Positions 50,912 to 60,718 of a DNA stretch of 64,000 nucleotides are shown here, one piece after another. This DNA comes from Planctomycetota bacterium. GTDB lineage: Bacteria; Planctomycetota; UBA1135; UBA2386. Position 1 is the stretch's first letter. Every line of letters begins with the position of its first letter. Both the position numbers and the translations under genes were made by a program. Location: contig JBKAGP010000001.1 in NCBI GenBank assembly GCA_046290465.1, forward strand, positions 672,001-736,000. The letters run 5' to 3'. The notes below the pieces were generated by a model, which was not told the origin of the DNA, did not search any database, and worked only from the letters and a program-made list of their open reading frames with translations.

Positions 50912-52913
50912 CGTGCGTCGCGTAGGCCGCGTTCCACGGCAGCGGGTCCTTGTCGCAGACACCGCCGAGCGCCACCGCGGCGAACGCGCGGGTCAGCGGG
51001 GTGACGTCCTCGTTGGCCAGCAGGCCGCGCAGGGCCGGCAGGCAGCGGCGGTCGCCGATCTGCGCCAGCGCGGCCGCGGTCGCGGACAGCCGCACGAGGC
51101 TCTGGCCCGAGCCCTGCAGCTCCGCGATCAGCTGGTCGGTCAGCGTGTGGTCGCCCAGCAGGCCGAGCGAGCGCACGGTCTGCAGCAGCACGAACGGCCG
51201 CCGGGTGGCGTCCTTGCGCACCTCGCGCAGGTCCTTGATGGCGCGGTTGTCCTGCAGCAGTCCGAGCGCCAGCGCGACGTAGCCGGCGACCGCGTCGCGC
51301 TTGTGGTGCTTGACCAGCCGTGCGCGCAGCACGTCGCGGGCGTCGCCGGTCCCGGTCAGGCCGAGCGCGATCGCGATGGCGCCGACGGTGCTCGGGTTGC
51401 GCACCTCGTCGATCTGCCAGATCAGCGCGTCGGTCACCTGCTGGTAGGCGTCTGCGTCGACACCCTGGTGGGTGTTGGCGGCCCGCTGCCGCGCCGCGAT
51501 CACGCCGAGCGCGACGGCCAGCCACGGCTGTTCGATCGCCTTGTTCGCGTGCGCGAGTTCGCCCAGCAAGAAGATGCGGGCGCGTTTGCCGCCGATGCGC
51601 GCCAGCGCCAACGACGCGAACGAGCGGGTCTGCTGGTCGCGGTGGTCGCGGTAGACCTCGACCAGCAGTTCACCCACATCATGGCTGGACGAGTTCTCGT
51701 CGTTCCACGGCTCGCACAGGGTGCCGAGCGCCATGGCGCACGACTGTGCGATGTGGTGGTTGACCTTGACGCCGCCGGCGCGTGAGCGCGTGCGCAGGCC
51801 GTTCTGCAGGTCCTCGGCGAACTGCTTGCGCCAGGCTTCGGCGTCGCGCGACGCGCGCGGCAGCAGGCGGGCCAGCGCGGTCGGCACGTGGGCCTGGATC
51901 AGCTGGTCGCCGACGCCGAGCTCCTTCCGGTAGTAGGCGCCGAGCGTCGCGAGGATCTCGCTTCGCAGCGTGTCGGGGGCCGCGCCCTGCCACTGCGTCG
52001 GGAACAGCGCCAGCGCCTCGATTGCCGCGACCACGAGGTTGCGGTCGTGTGCCTCGGCGCGTTGCACGATCGGCAGCAGCGCGCGCACCAGGCGCATGCT
52101 GGTCGCCGCCTTGCGCGAGCGGTCGAGCAGCAGGCCGGCGCCGTAGGCGGCGAACGCGCGGGTGCGCTGGTTGACCTCGTGCCGGCCGCTCAGGCGGCGG
52201 CCCTCGGCGGTGTCGCCGATCAGCGCGGTGACGGTCTCGACGGTCTCCTTGTCGAGGTCGCCGCTGATGCCGATGGCCAGCGCAGCCGTCTCGCGAAGCT
52301 CCTGGTCGCCGCGCTTCAGCAGCGGCTGGAGCAGGTCGACCAGATCGAATCCGGCGCGCTTCGAGCCGATCTTTGCCAGCGCGACGATGCAGGCGGAACT
52401 GGTATCACGGTCCCGCGACGACGACAGCGTCGCGGCCAGCTGGCTCGCAACCTGCCGCAGGTCGTTGTCGTTCGGTGGTTGGATGTCCCGCTTGCGGCCG
52501 GCGAGCCGCGGGTTCCAAAGCGACTGGCCGTCGTCGCCGACGGTCTCGCGGTAGATGGTTTCGCGCAGGTTGAGGAACGGGTCCTTGCCGAACTCCCACC
52601 AGAATTCCCAGCGGCCGAGGTCGTCGCCGACCGGCACGCCGCGCGGTGCCGCGCCGGCAGCCGACGCGCCGGTGCGCCCGAGGCCACGCGGAGCGGAGGG
52701 CGCTGCGGTCGTTCCGCCACCGCCTGCGCCGCCTGCCGTGCTGCCCGGCAGGACGTCGCTCGGACCACGGAACTGGCCGCCGCCCGACGCGCCGCCGCCC
52801 GATGGGGGGACGACGTTGCCGGGGCCGCGGTACTGGCCGCCATGGGCCCATGCGGGCGCGGTGAGCAGCAGGCCGAGCACGGCGCGGAACGCGTAGGCTT
52901 CGAGGGTTCGCAT
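50847..52913 (-). CDS. secreted HEAT-repeat protein (paralog 1)
   Basis: Signal peptide, then HGGQYRGPG, WEFWWEF.KDPF and HEAT repeats. 688 aa. Confidence 0.85.
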   Translation of the reverse strand: MRTLEAYAFRAVLGLLLTAPAWAHGGQYRGPGNVVPPSGGGASGGGQFRGPSDVLPGSTAGGAGGGGTTAAPSAPRGLGRTGASAAGAAPRGVPVGDDLGRWEFWWEFGKDPFLNLRETIYRETVGDDGQSLWNPRLAGRKRDIQPPNDNDLRQVASQLAATLSSSRDRDTSSACIVALAKIGSKRAGFDLVDLLQPLLKRGDQELRETAALAIGISGDLDKETVETVTALIGDTAEGRRLSGRHEVNQRTRAFAAYGAGLLLDRSRKAATSMRLVRALLPIVQRAEAHDRNLVVAAIEALALFPTQWQGAAPDTLRSEILATLGAYYRKELGVGDQLIQAHVPTALARLLPRASRDAEAWRKQFAEDLQNGLRTRSRAGGVKVNHHIAQSCAMALGTLCEPWNDENSSSHDVGELLVEVYRDHRDQQTRSFASLALARIGGKRARIFLLGELAHANKAIEQPWLAVALGVIAARQRAANTHQGVDADAYQQVTDALIWQIDEVRNPSTVGAIAIALGLTGTGDARDVLRARLVKHHKRDAVAGYVALALGLLQDNRAIKDLREVRKDATRRPFVLLQTVRSLGLLGDHTLTDQLIAELQGSGQSLVRLSATAAALAQIGDRRCLPALRGLLANEDVTPLTRAFAAVALGGVCDKDPLPWNAAYATHVNYRAATETLTDGGSGILDLL

Positions 52914-52924
52914 GACGCCTGCAT

Positions 52925-52940
52925 TGCAACGGCCGTGCCA
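52925..52940 (-). promoter_or_regulatory. sigma54 (-24/-12) promoter
   Basis: Minus strand TGGCACGGCCGTTGCA is an exact match to TGGCAC-N5-TTGCA. Confidence 0.75.
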
Positions 52941-53031
52941 GCGGACCGTACATGGAAAAGCCTCTCCGCGGCCTGGGCCACGGAGAGGCTTCGTTGGGGC
53001 AGGCAGACTCGGCAGCCCGAGGTCCGAAGAC

Positions 53032-55098
53032 CTACAGGATGTCGAGGATACCCGTTTGGCTGTTGGTCAGCGTTTCCACCGCGGCGCGGTAGTTCATGTT
53101 GACGCCGATGGCGCTGTTCCACGGCAGCGGCTGCTTGTCGGCGACGCCACCCAGCGCGACCGCGGCGAACGCGCGCGACAGGTCGCTGAGCTTGTCGTCG
53201 AACAGCAGGTCCTTGAGCGGCTTGATCGAGCGCTTGTCGCCGATGAAGCCGATCGCCGAGGCGATGGCGCTGAGCTTGGCGAGGTTCGGCTCACCGTCCG
53301 TCATCAGCTTCTGCAGACGCTCGGCGACCGTCTTGTCGCCCAGCTTGCCGAGCGCGATGGCCGCCTGCTGCAGCAGGCTGAAGCGACGCGTCGACGCGTC
53401 GACGACGTTCTTGATGTCCTCGATCGAGCGGTCGTCCTTCATCAGGGCGAGGCCGATGGCGAGGTAGCCGGCCATCTCTTCCTTGGCCTGGTTCTTCAGC
53501 ATCTGGTCGCGCATCTCGTCGGCGGCGTCCGTGAACTGGTTCAGGCCCAGCGCAATCGCGAGTGCGCCGGTCAGGCTCGGGTTCTTGCTCTTCTCGAGCT
53601 CCTTGAACAGCGTCTCGCCGATGAACGTGTCGGGGTTGACGCTCTCGCCGCGCGCCTTCTGCGCTTCGTACTGGAAGTGCGAGTAGACGCCGAGCGCCAT
53701 CGCGCACCACGGCTTCTCGATCGCCTTGCCGCCCTTGTCGAAGGCCTTCAGCAGGGCTTCGCGGTTCAGCTCACCGCCGATCCAGCCGAGGCTGAGCACG
53801 GCGAAGTTGCGGGTCTGCTGATCCTTGTGCTTGTTCCACATGTTCAGCAGCAGCTTGCTGTACTCGGCGTCGTCGGACTTCTTGTCCTCGTACGGCTTGC
53901 ACATCTGGCCGAGCGCGAGCGCGCACGACTGGCTGATCGCGTTGCCGGCACGCTTGATCTTGCCCTTGTCCTGCATGTCGGCCGCGAACAGCTTCTTGAA
54001 GTAGTCGCTGCGCTCGTGGTCGGCACCGATCAGGGTGGCGATCGCCGGCGGGCAGTGGGCCAGGATGATGTTGCGGCCCGCACCCAGCTTCTGCATGTAG
54101 TGCTTCTCGAGCGTGTTGACCGCGTCGGTCAGCAGCGCCTTCTCCTCGTCGGTGCCGGTGCCGATGTTGAGGATGCGGATGCCGTTGATGGCGGCGACCT
54201 GGATGTTGCGGTCGCGCAGGTCCTTGCTCTCGAGCACCGTCTTCAGCGCGTCGAACGCCTGCTTCTTGACGGCGACGTTGGCGTTGCGGTAGGCGACCAG
54301 GCCGAGGCCGTAGCACGCGAACGCGCGGGTGCGCATGTTGACGCTGCCACCCGAGGCCTCGCGGCCCTTGCCCTTGTCGAGCGCCAGGTCGACGAGCATG
54401 TTCATCTCGTCCTCACCGGCGATCGCGGCGATGCCGTACGACAGCGCGGCCGACTCGCGGACCTCCTGGGTGTTCTCCGACAGGCGCGGGGTGAACACGT
54501 CGCGGAGCTTGAACTCCGGGTGGTCCTGCCCGATCTTCGCCATCGCGATCATGCACGACGAGCTGATGTCCTTGTAGTCGGTCGAGTCGATCGCCTTCTT
54601 CAGCGCCGGCAGGATCTCGCCCATGATGTCTTCCTGCGTCGGACGCAGGGAGTCGCGGGCCGCGCTCTTGCGCGTGCTGCCGAGGTAGAAGTCGTCGGAG
54701 CCGGTCTGCGGGCCGCCCTGGAGGACCGCGTCACGCAGGCGGATGAAGGGGTCCTTGTTGAACTCCCACCAGAAGCTCCACTTCGTCAGGTCGTCGCCGA
54801 TCTGCATGCCGCGACCGCCGGTGACCGGGCCGGGACGGCCTGCGGGGCCAGCCGGGCCGCCGGTGCTCGGGCCGGCCGGGCCACCCGTCGCCGGGCCGGA
54901 CGGGGCCGGGGCGCTCGGGCCCGAGGGGCCGCCGGTGGTCGGGCCGCTCGGGCGGCCGGTGGTGCCACCGCCGCCACCGCCACCCGGCGGGACGACGTCG
55001 CCCGGGCCACGGTACTGGCCACCGTGGGCAAGGGCGGTTTCGGGCAGCATCGCCACGAAGCTGGCGACCGTCACTGCAGACAGCAGGATGTTCTTCAT
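53032..55098 (-). CDS. secreted HEAT-repeat protein (paralog 2)
   Basis: MKNILL...ALA-HGGQYRGPG, WSFWWEFNKDPF and the same C-terminus (GILDIL). 688 aa. Confidence 0.87.
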   Translation of the reverse strand: MKNILLSAVTVASFVAMLPETALAHGGQYRGPGDVVPPGGGGGGGTTGRPSGPTTGGPSGPSAPAPSGPATGGPAGPSTGGPAGPAGRPGPVTGGRGMQIGDDLTKWSFWWEFNKDPFIRLRDAVLQGGPQTGSDDFYLGSTRKSAARDSLRPTQEDIMGEILPALKKAIDSTDYKDISSSCMIAMAKIGQDHPEFKLRDVFTPRLSENTQEVRESAALSYGIAAIAGEDEMNMLVDLALDKGKGREASGGSVNMRTRAFACYGLGLVAYRNANVAVKKQAFDALKTVLESKDLRDRNIQVAAINGIRILNIGTGTDEEKALLTDAVNTLEKHYMQKLGAGRNIILAHCPPAIATLIGADHERSDYFKKLFAADMQDKGKIKRAGNAISQSCALALGQMCKPYEDKKSDDAEYSKLLLNMWNKHKDQQTRNFAVLSLGWIGGELNREALLKAFDKGGKAIEKPWCAMALGVYSHFQYEAQKARGESVNPDTFIGETLFKELEKSKNPSLTGALAIALGLNQFTDAADEMRDQMLKNQAKEEMAGYLAIGLALMKDDRSIEDIKNVVDASTRRFSLLQQAAIALGKLGDKTVAERLQKLMTDGEPNLAKLSAIASAIGFIGDKRSIKPLKDLLFDDKLSDLSRAFAAVALGGVADKQPLPWNSAIGVNMNYRAAVETLTNSQTGILDIL

Positions 55099-55225
55099 CG
55101 AAGGGCTCCTCATGGATGGTTCGGGTGCACGCGCAGGGGACCCGGTCGAGAAAGGACCAGGTCGGTTCGGACATGGGATGAACCCGCCGCGCGCGCACGG
55201 GCACTCTAGCCGACTGCCCAGAGCT

Positions 55226-55241
55226 TGCAAAAGAGGGACCA
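55226..55241 (-). promoter_or_regulatory. probable sigma54 promoter
   Basis: Minus strand TGGTCCCTCTTTTGCA has GG-N10-GC with TTGCA. Confidence 0.5.
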
Positions 55242-55352
55242 ACCGCGCCGGGTGGCCATTTTCCGGGGGCGGCGGGCCGTTCGTGTCACGCTCAGCCGAC
55301 ATCCGGCCGGCGAACGTTACGAGGGCGGAACAACAAGCGCGATCTGCCCACG

Positions 55353-56177
55353 TCAGCGGGCGAACGGATGCAGCAGTGCGACGATGCGGCGGTGCACGTT
55401 GGGCCGGGCCGCGATCGTCGCGGTGTGCGCGACCTGCAGGTCCTTCACCGGGAACACCGCGGCGCCGGACCAGTCGGTGAAGCGCAGCCCGGCCTCGACC
55501 GCGACCAGGCCGGCCGCCGCGAAGTCCCACAGCCGGCCCTGCTGCTGCACGTTGGCGTCAAGGCGGCCCATGACGCAGTCGGTCAGCTGCACGACGGTGC
55601 TGCCGAGCGTGCGGATCCTGGCGCCCTCCGACTGCAGGGCCGGCAGGAACGACATGTCCTCCTGGCCGCGGAACCACTGGCAGCCGACGATCGCGCCGTC
55701 GTCGAAGCGACCGCGCGGCGTCGTCACCCGTCGTCCGTTGCGCCAGACGCCGTTGCGGTGCACGGCGACGAACAGCGCGTCCTCCGGCTGGCAGTGCACG
55801 ACCCCGAGCACCGGCTGGCCGCGGAACAGCAGCGCGACCGACACGGCGAACTGCGGCAGGCCGCGCGAGAAGTTGGAGGTGCCGTCGATCGGGTCGACGA
55901 CCCACAGCCAGTCGTGGTCGAGCTGGTCGGCGTCGGTCTCCTCGCCGAGGAAGCCGGCGTGCTCGCGCAGCGCCCGCAGTTCGCGTCGCAGCCGCTTCTC
56001 GCTGCGCAGGTCGATCGCGGTGACGAAGTCGCCGACGCCCTTGCGGGTGACGTCGCTCGGGCGCAACCGGGATTGCGCACGCTGGATGCTGCTGGCCAGC
56101 TCGCGCACGATGTCGCCGAGCGGCTTGCGCAGCCGCATGGCGTCCTTGATGACCCGTTCGAGCTCCGCTGACGGCAT
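55353..56177 (-). CDS. inositol monophosphatase family protein
   Basis: DFVTAID, GEE, DPIDGTSNF and WDFAA. Confidence 0.88.
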   Translation of the reverse strand: MPSAELERVIKDAMRLRKPLGDIVRELASSIQRAQSRLRPSDVTRKGVGDFVTAIDLRSEKRLRRELRALREHAGFLGEETDADQLDHDWLWVVDPIDGTSNFSRGLPQFAVSVALLFRGQPVLGVVHCQPEDALFVAVHRNGVWRNGRRVTTPRGRFDDGAIVGCQWFRGQEDMSFLPALQSEGARIRTLGSTVVQLTDCVMGRLDANVQQQGRLWDFAAAGLVAVEAGLRFTDWSGAAVFPVKDLQVAHTATIAARPNVHRRIVALLHPFAR

Positions 56178-56256
56178 GGCGGCATCGTGCCCGAACGCGG
56201 GCCGTGACGGAAGCGCGGGAATCGTGCGTGCAGCGGCTCGCGGGTTCGCCTACACC

Positions 56257-57675
56257 ATGGCGCTCGCAATGGCTTCCTGCGGTGGTGGCGCGCGCGGCGC
56301 GCAGTGGATGGCGGCGCTCGCGCTGGCGGCGTGCGTCGGACCCGACGAACCGGCGGGCGCGCGCTCGTTCGGCCGCGACGCGCGCGCGCCGTTCGCCGCC
56401 GAAGAGCAGAGCGGGCCGGCCGGGCCGAGCGCGGCAGCGGGCACGCCGACGCGTCGTACGGGGGCGGCTGGCATGGCTCCGAAGGCAACGGTCCCGGTCG
56501 TGATGGTTCCGAGCGCCGAGGTTCCGGTCGCGGAGGTTCTGGTCGCGGAGGTTCCGGGCGCGGCGGTTCCGAGCGACCGGCAGCCGGGCCGAGGCGATCC
56601 GACCGAGGCGGCCGCGGCGAAGCCGCCGGCAGGTGGTGCGGTCGAAGCGATCGCCGAGGACCCGGCCGCGGCGGTGGTCTCGCTGCCGGCGCCGCCGGCC
56701 GCAGAACCGTCGCCGACCGAGGTCGCCGACGATGGCCGCGGCGAGGAGCGCACGCTGCGCAACGCGTTCGCCAACGCCACCGACGTGACCGAGCCGGCGC
56801 TGAAGCTGGCCAGCTTCCTGGTGCGCAAGGAGCGCTACCCGGAGGCGCGGCACGTGCTCGACCAGGCGATCGATCGGATTCCCGCGGACCAGCGCGCCGC
56901 GTCGTCGGACCTGCGTCTGGCGCGCGCCGGCCTGCTGCGCGACGTCGCGCGCAACGACCTGGCGATGGTGGAGCTGCGCGCGGTCGTGCGCGAGCGCGGC
57001 CGGAGCCGCGTCGCGCCCGGCACGTTGTTCGAACTGGCGCAGGTCGAGTGGCTCGCCGGCGAACGCGAGGCCGCCAACGTGACGATGCGCGACCTGCTGC
57101 GGCTGCACGTCGACAGCGCGTTCCTGGTCGACAACGCCGCGTGGCTGCGTGAGTGGCACGTGCGCATCGAGAACCGCACCGTCGCCGACGACGGCGGCGA
57201 GTTGCGCGACGCGTTCGCGCTGCTGCGAGCGGCGCCGGTGGTGACCGGGCGCATGCGCATCCTCGATGCGCTGGCGCGACCGCAGGCGAGCGGGCCCGAC
57301 GACGGTCGGCGACCGGTGCGGCTGCGCGCGATCGGCATCGCGTGCGCCGACGAGTCGCCGGCGGTGCGGACCCGCGCCGTGCAGCTGGCCGACGCCAACG
57401 GCCTCGACAATCTGGTGTTCTGGCGCGCAGCGATGGCCGACGACTCGCCGCTGGTGCGTCGCTTCGGCGCCTACGGGGCGGCCAGGCAGCACGGCGAACG
57501 GGCGGCCGGGGCCCTGCTGCGGGCGATGGCCGACGAGCAGGATCCGAGCGCGTTCGCCGGCATGCACGCGGCGATGGCGCGCGCGCTGTCGGTCGACGCG
57601 CCGCCGTGCGCAGCCGAGAACGAGGAGGGCCGCAGCAACGCGGTGGCGATGTGGAGGAAGCAATGCGAACGATGA
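56257..57675 (+). CDS. putative lipoprotein with Pro/Ala-rich linker, TPR and HEAT repeats
   Basis: Lipobox LAAC, repeats DESPAVR and DDSPLVR. Start uncertain. Confidence 0.65.
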   Translation: MALAMASCGGGARGAQWMAALALAACVGPDEPAGARSFGRDARAPFAAEEQSGPAGPSAAAGTPTRRTGAAGMAPKATVPVVMVPSAEVPVAEVLVAEVPGAAVPSDRQPGRGDPTEAAAAKPPAGGAVEAIAEDPAAAVVSLPAPPAAEPSPTEVADDGRGEERTLRNAFANATDVTEPALKLASFLVRKERYPEARHVLDQAIDRIPADQRAASSDLRLARAGLLRDVARNDLAMVELRAVVRERGRSRVAPGTLFELAQVEWLAGEREAANVTMRDLLRLHVDSAFLVDNAAWLREWHVRIENRTVADDGGELRDAFALLRAAPVVTGRMRILDALARPQASGPDDGRRPVRLRAIGIACADESPAVRTRAVQLADANGLDNLVFWRAAMADDSPLVRRFGAYGAARQHGERAAGALLRAMADEQDPSAFAGMHAAMARALSVDAPPCAAENEEGRSNAVAMWRKQCER

Positions 57676-58874
57676 TGCGGAGGACCCTGCAGGCCACCGT
57701 ACTGGTCCTGCCGCTGCTGGCCGGCGGCGGCTGCTCGGTCGCCGACGTGCTCAGCAGCGACGAGATCCTCGAGGAACTCGACGAGATCGTGCGCATCGAC
57801 GGCACCGGCGAGGCCCGTCAGGTGGTCTACGCCAACGAAGCGATGCTGTCGCGCGACTTCCGGCGGCTGGTGCTGCTGGCTCCGATCCGCACACCGCTGG
57901 CTTGGATCTTCGGCCGCCGCAGCATGCAGGAGCTGAAGAACCCCGGCTACCACGTGCGCGAGCTGCTGCGCGAACTGCCGGACGAGACCGCCGGCGGCTG
58001 GTTCACGGGCCCGGACCTGTTGACGTGCGCAGCGGCGATGACGCGGTTCGGCTGGCTCGGCGAACTCGACCTCAACGCGACCACGCGGGTGCGCTCGATC
58101 GACGGGCTGTCGCGGGTCAGTCGCCAGCTGGGTCTGACGCCGTTCGCCGGGGCGTTCCTCGAGCTGACCACGCCGCTCGACGCCACCGTCGCCGAACGGG
58201 CGCGCGCTGGCCTGCGCGCCGCCGGTCCCGACGCGCGCGGCGAGTCGGGTGCGTTGACCGCGCCGGAGGCGTACCGCGACGCGCTCGCGGCGATCACCAG
58301 CCAGCCGCTCGCGAGCTTCGCCGACCGGCTGGTGCTGGTCGAGGACCTCGGCGTGCTCTACGCGCAGGAGCGCGACCCGGCTGCGCGACCGTGGGTGCGC
58401 GACGCGCTGCGCGCGGCGATGAGCCACTGCGTGCGCGGCGTGCTGCTGCGCGCGATCCAGGGTCGTTCGCGGCGCCTCGCCGAGGTGCGGCTGTGCGCCA
58501 TGGAGCAGATCCGTCGTCTCGGTGGGCCGCGCACCGTGCCGCTGATGCTGGCGACGATGGCGGCGAGCCCGGCCGAACGTGCCAGCGGTGCTGCGCCGTT
58601 CGATTCGGACTCGCTGGTGCAGCTGCGCCTGATCCACTACTGCGGCCAGCTCGATCGCGAACTGTCGGAGACCGTGGTGCGCCTGCCGGGCCGGCAGGAC
58701 TGGGAGGCGACCTCGCCGGTCGAGTTCCTGGCGCGCACGATCCTGTCCGAACAGGACTACTACTCGAAGCTGCGGACGCCGGCGATCGTGGCGCTGACGT
58801 GGTGCCTCGGGCGCGAGACGCTCGACCCCGATCCCGCGTGGGTGCGGGAGTGGATCGACAACCGCGGTTCGTAG
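57672..58874 (+). CDS. putative lipoprotein, HEAT-like
   Basis: MMRR...LLAGGGC lipoprotein-like signal and ATGA overlap. Confidence 0.7.
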   Translation: MMRRTLQATVLVLPLLAGGGCSVADVLSSDEILEELDEIVRIDGTGEARQVVYANEAMLSRDFRRLVLLAPIRTPLAWIFGRRSMQELKNPGYHVRELLRELPDETAGGWFTGPDLLTCAAAMTRFGWLGELDLNATTRVRSIDGLSRVSRQLGLTPFAGAFLELTTPLDATVAERARAGLRAAGPDARGESGALTAPEAYRDALAAITSQPLASFADRLVLVEDLGVLYAQERDPAARPWVRDALRAAMSHCVRGVLLRAIQGRSRRLAEVRLCAMEQIRRLGGPRTVPLMLATMAASPAERASGAAPFDSDSLVQLRLIHYCGQLDRELSETVVRLPGRQDWEATSPVEFLARTILSEQDYYSKLRTPAIVALTWCLGRETLDPDPAWVREWIDNRGS

Positions 58875-58876
58875 CG

Positions 58877-59443
58877 ATGCAGACCCACTGGAGCGACGAC
58901 GAGATCGCCTACGACGGCAGCCAGCTGCGCGCGCACTGGTTGCTCGATCGCTTCGACCTGGTCGGCGACGCCTGCGTCGCGTTCCGCGGCGCGTGCCGGG
59001 TCCAGGACGTCGAGATGGCCGACCTCGAGGACCTCGACGGGCCGGGCATCGCTGCCGACGACATGGTGCACTTCGTGTGGGAGTCGTTCGCGACCACCGA
59101 CCTGCTGCTCGCCGTGCACCGCCAGCGGCTGTTCGCGGCGCAGGTGCGCGAGGTGCTGCACGAACTCGCACCGCAGCACGACGTCCGCCGCGACGGCGAC
59201 GACCTTTACGTCGCGGACGGGAAATTGTCGATCTCGATCGCTACGGTCACCCCCGTCAGCGCCTTGATCCACTTCGCCGTCAACGCCCGCTCCAGCGGGG
59301 CTCCCGTAGCCATCGCGAGCCTCGCCGACCTGTGCGTCGATCCCGCCGCGTTCGCCGCGGCGACGTTGCGTCGCGTCGCCGCCGAACAGGGTTCGATCGC
59401 CGCCGCGCGCGCCAAGGTGCGCGGCAAGGGGGAGTGGCGATGA
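58877..59443 (+). CDS. DUF366 family protein
   Basis: YDGSQL..HW, F.G.C.V...M.DLED, GDDLY...KLSISIAT. Confidence 0.8.
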   Translation: MQTHWSDDEIAYDGSQLRAHWLLDRFDLVGDACVAFRGACRVQDVEMADLEDLDGPGIAADDMVHFVWESFATTDLLLAVHRQRLFAAQVREVLHELAPQHDVRRDGDDLYVADGKLSISIATVTPVSALIHFAVNARSSGAPVAIASLADLCVDPAAFAAATLRRVAAEQGSIAAARAKVRGKGEWR

Positions 59444-60663
59444 ACAAGCACGCCGTGACCGCCCTGAAGATCCTGTTCGTCGGCGGCATGATGTGGTTCG
59501 TCTTCACGCTGATCGCGTTCGAGGACCGGCTCGTCCACCTGGTCGACCAGAAGGTCGTGCAGGAGGAGGTCATCGAGATCCAGGGCGACTGGCGCGCCGA
59601 CCCGGTGCGCTTCGTGCAGGCCGGTGTCGAGACCGAACAGCCGGCGTCGCGCACGCTCGAGGACGGCCGCCAGATCGACGTGCGGCCAGGCTTCCTCAGC
59701 TACCTCCGCAACCTCGACGTCGCCTGGTTCGCGCTCGGCGCGCTGTGCTACTTCCTGACCGTGCTGATCGCCGGCGCCCGCTGGTGGTGGCTGCTGCGCG
59801 TCAACAGCATGAACGTGTCGCTGCTCGAAGCGCTGCGCTTCACCTGGATCGGCGTGTTCTTCAACACGGTGTTCCCGGGTTCGACCGGCGGCGACGTGAT
59901 CAAGGCGCTGTACATCATGAAGCGCTGCCCCGGCCACCGCGTGCAGGCGCTGGTCTCGGTCGGGGTCGACCGGATCCTCGGGCTCGGCTCGCTGGCGCTG
60001 CTCGGCGCGATCTGCGTGCTGTTCGCGCTCGACCAGTTCTCGACCATCGCGATGGCGATCTGGGGCGTGATCCTCGGCGTCGGTCTGCTCGGTGTGGTCG
60101 CGTTCAGCAAGCGCCTGCGCGAACTGGTGCGGCTGACCTGGTTGCTCAACCGGCTGCCGGCCAAGGTCCGCTCGGCGCTGCAGATGGTCGACAAGGCGGT
60201 GTTCTTCTACCGCGACCAGCGCAGCGTGATCGTGTTGAGCCTGCTGCTCGGCATCGTCAACCACGTGCTGTCGGTGTTCTGCGTGGTGTGCCTCGGGATC
60301 GCGATCGGCGTCGGCATGCCGACGTTCGAGTACTTCGTGCTGGTGCCGGTGATCAACATCGTCTCGGCGGTGCCGATTGCGCCCAACGGCTGGGGGGTCG
60401 GCGAGCTGCTCTACGGCTACCTGTTCGCCGAGCACGGTGCCCAGCACCTGAGCAACGTCTCCGACGCGGCGATGGCGATGCGCACCCGCGGGGTGGCGCT
60501 GTCGATCCTCTACCGCACGGTGCTGACCGGGTTCAGCTTCCTGGCCGGCCTGCTGGTTCTGTTCGAGAAGGACCGGGTCACCCGGGAGGACATCGACCGC
60601 GAGGTCGCGCTGGAGGAGAGCGAGGCCGAAGAAGCCGCCCGCCGCCCGCTCGAAGACGAGTAG
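59440..60663 (+). CDS. lysylphosphatidylglycerol synthase TM / flippase-like protein
   Basis: RWWWLL, FFN..PGSTGGDVIK, DRILGL and PIAPNGWGVGE. Confidence 0.85.
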   Translation: MNKHAVTALKILFVGGMMWFVFTLIAFEDRLVHLVDQKVVQEEVIEIQGDWRADPVRFVQAGVETEQPASRTLEDGRQIDVRPGFLSYLRNLDVAWFALGALCYFLTVLIAGARWWWLLRVNSMNVSLLEALRFTWIGVFFNTVFPGSTGGDVIKALYIMKRCPGHRVQALVSVGVDRILGLGSLALLGAICVLFALDQFSTIAMAIWGVILGVGLLGVVAFSKRLRELVRLTWLLNRLPAKVRSALQMVDKAVFFYRDQRSVIVLSLLLGIVNHVLSVFCVVCLGIAIGVGMPTFEYFVLVPVINIVSAVPIAPNGWGVGELLYGYLFAEHGAQHLSNVSDAAMAMRTRGVALSILYRTVLTGFSFLAGLLVLFEKDRVTREDIDREVALEESEAEEAARRPLEDE

Positions 60664-60718
60664 CGCGGCGGAACGGGTTGGATCCGCTGGCGTCGGATCG
60701 CTAACCTGTTCCCCCGAA

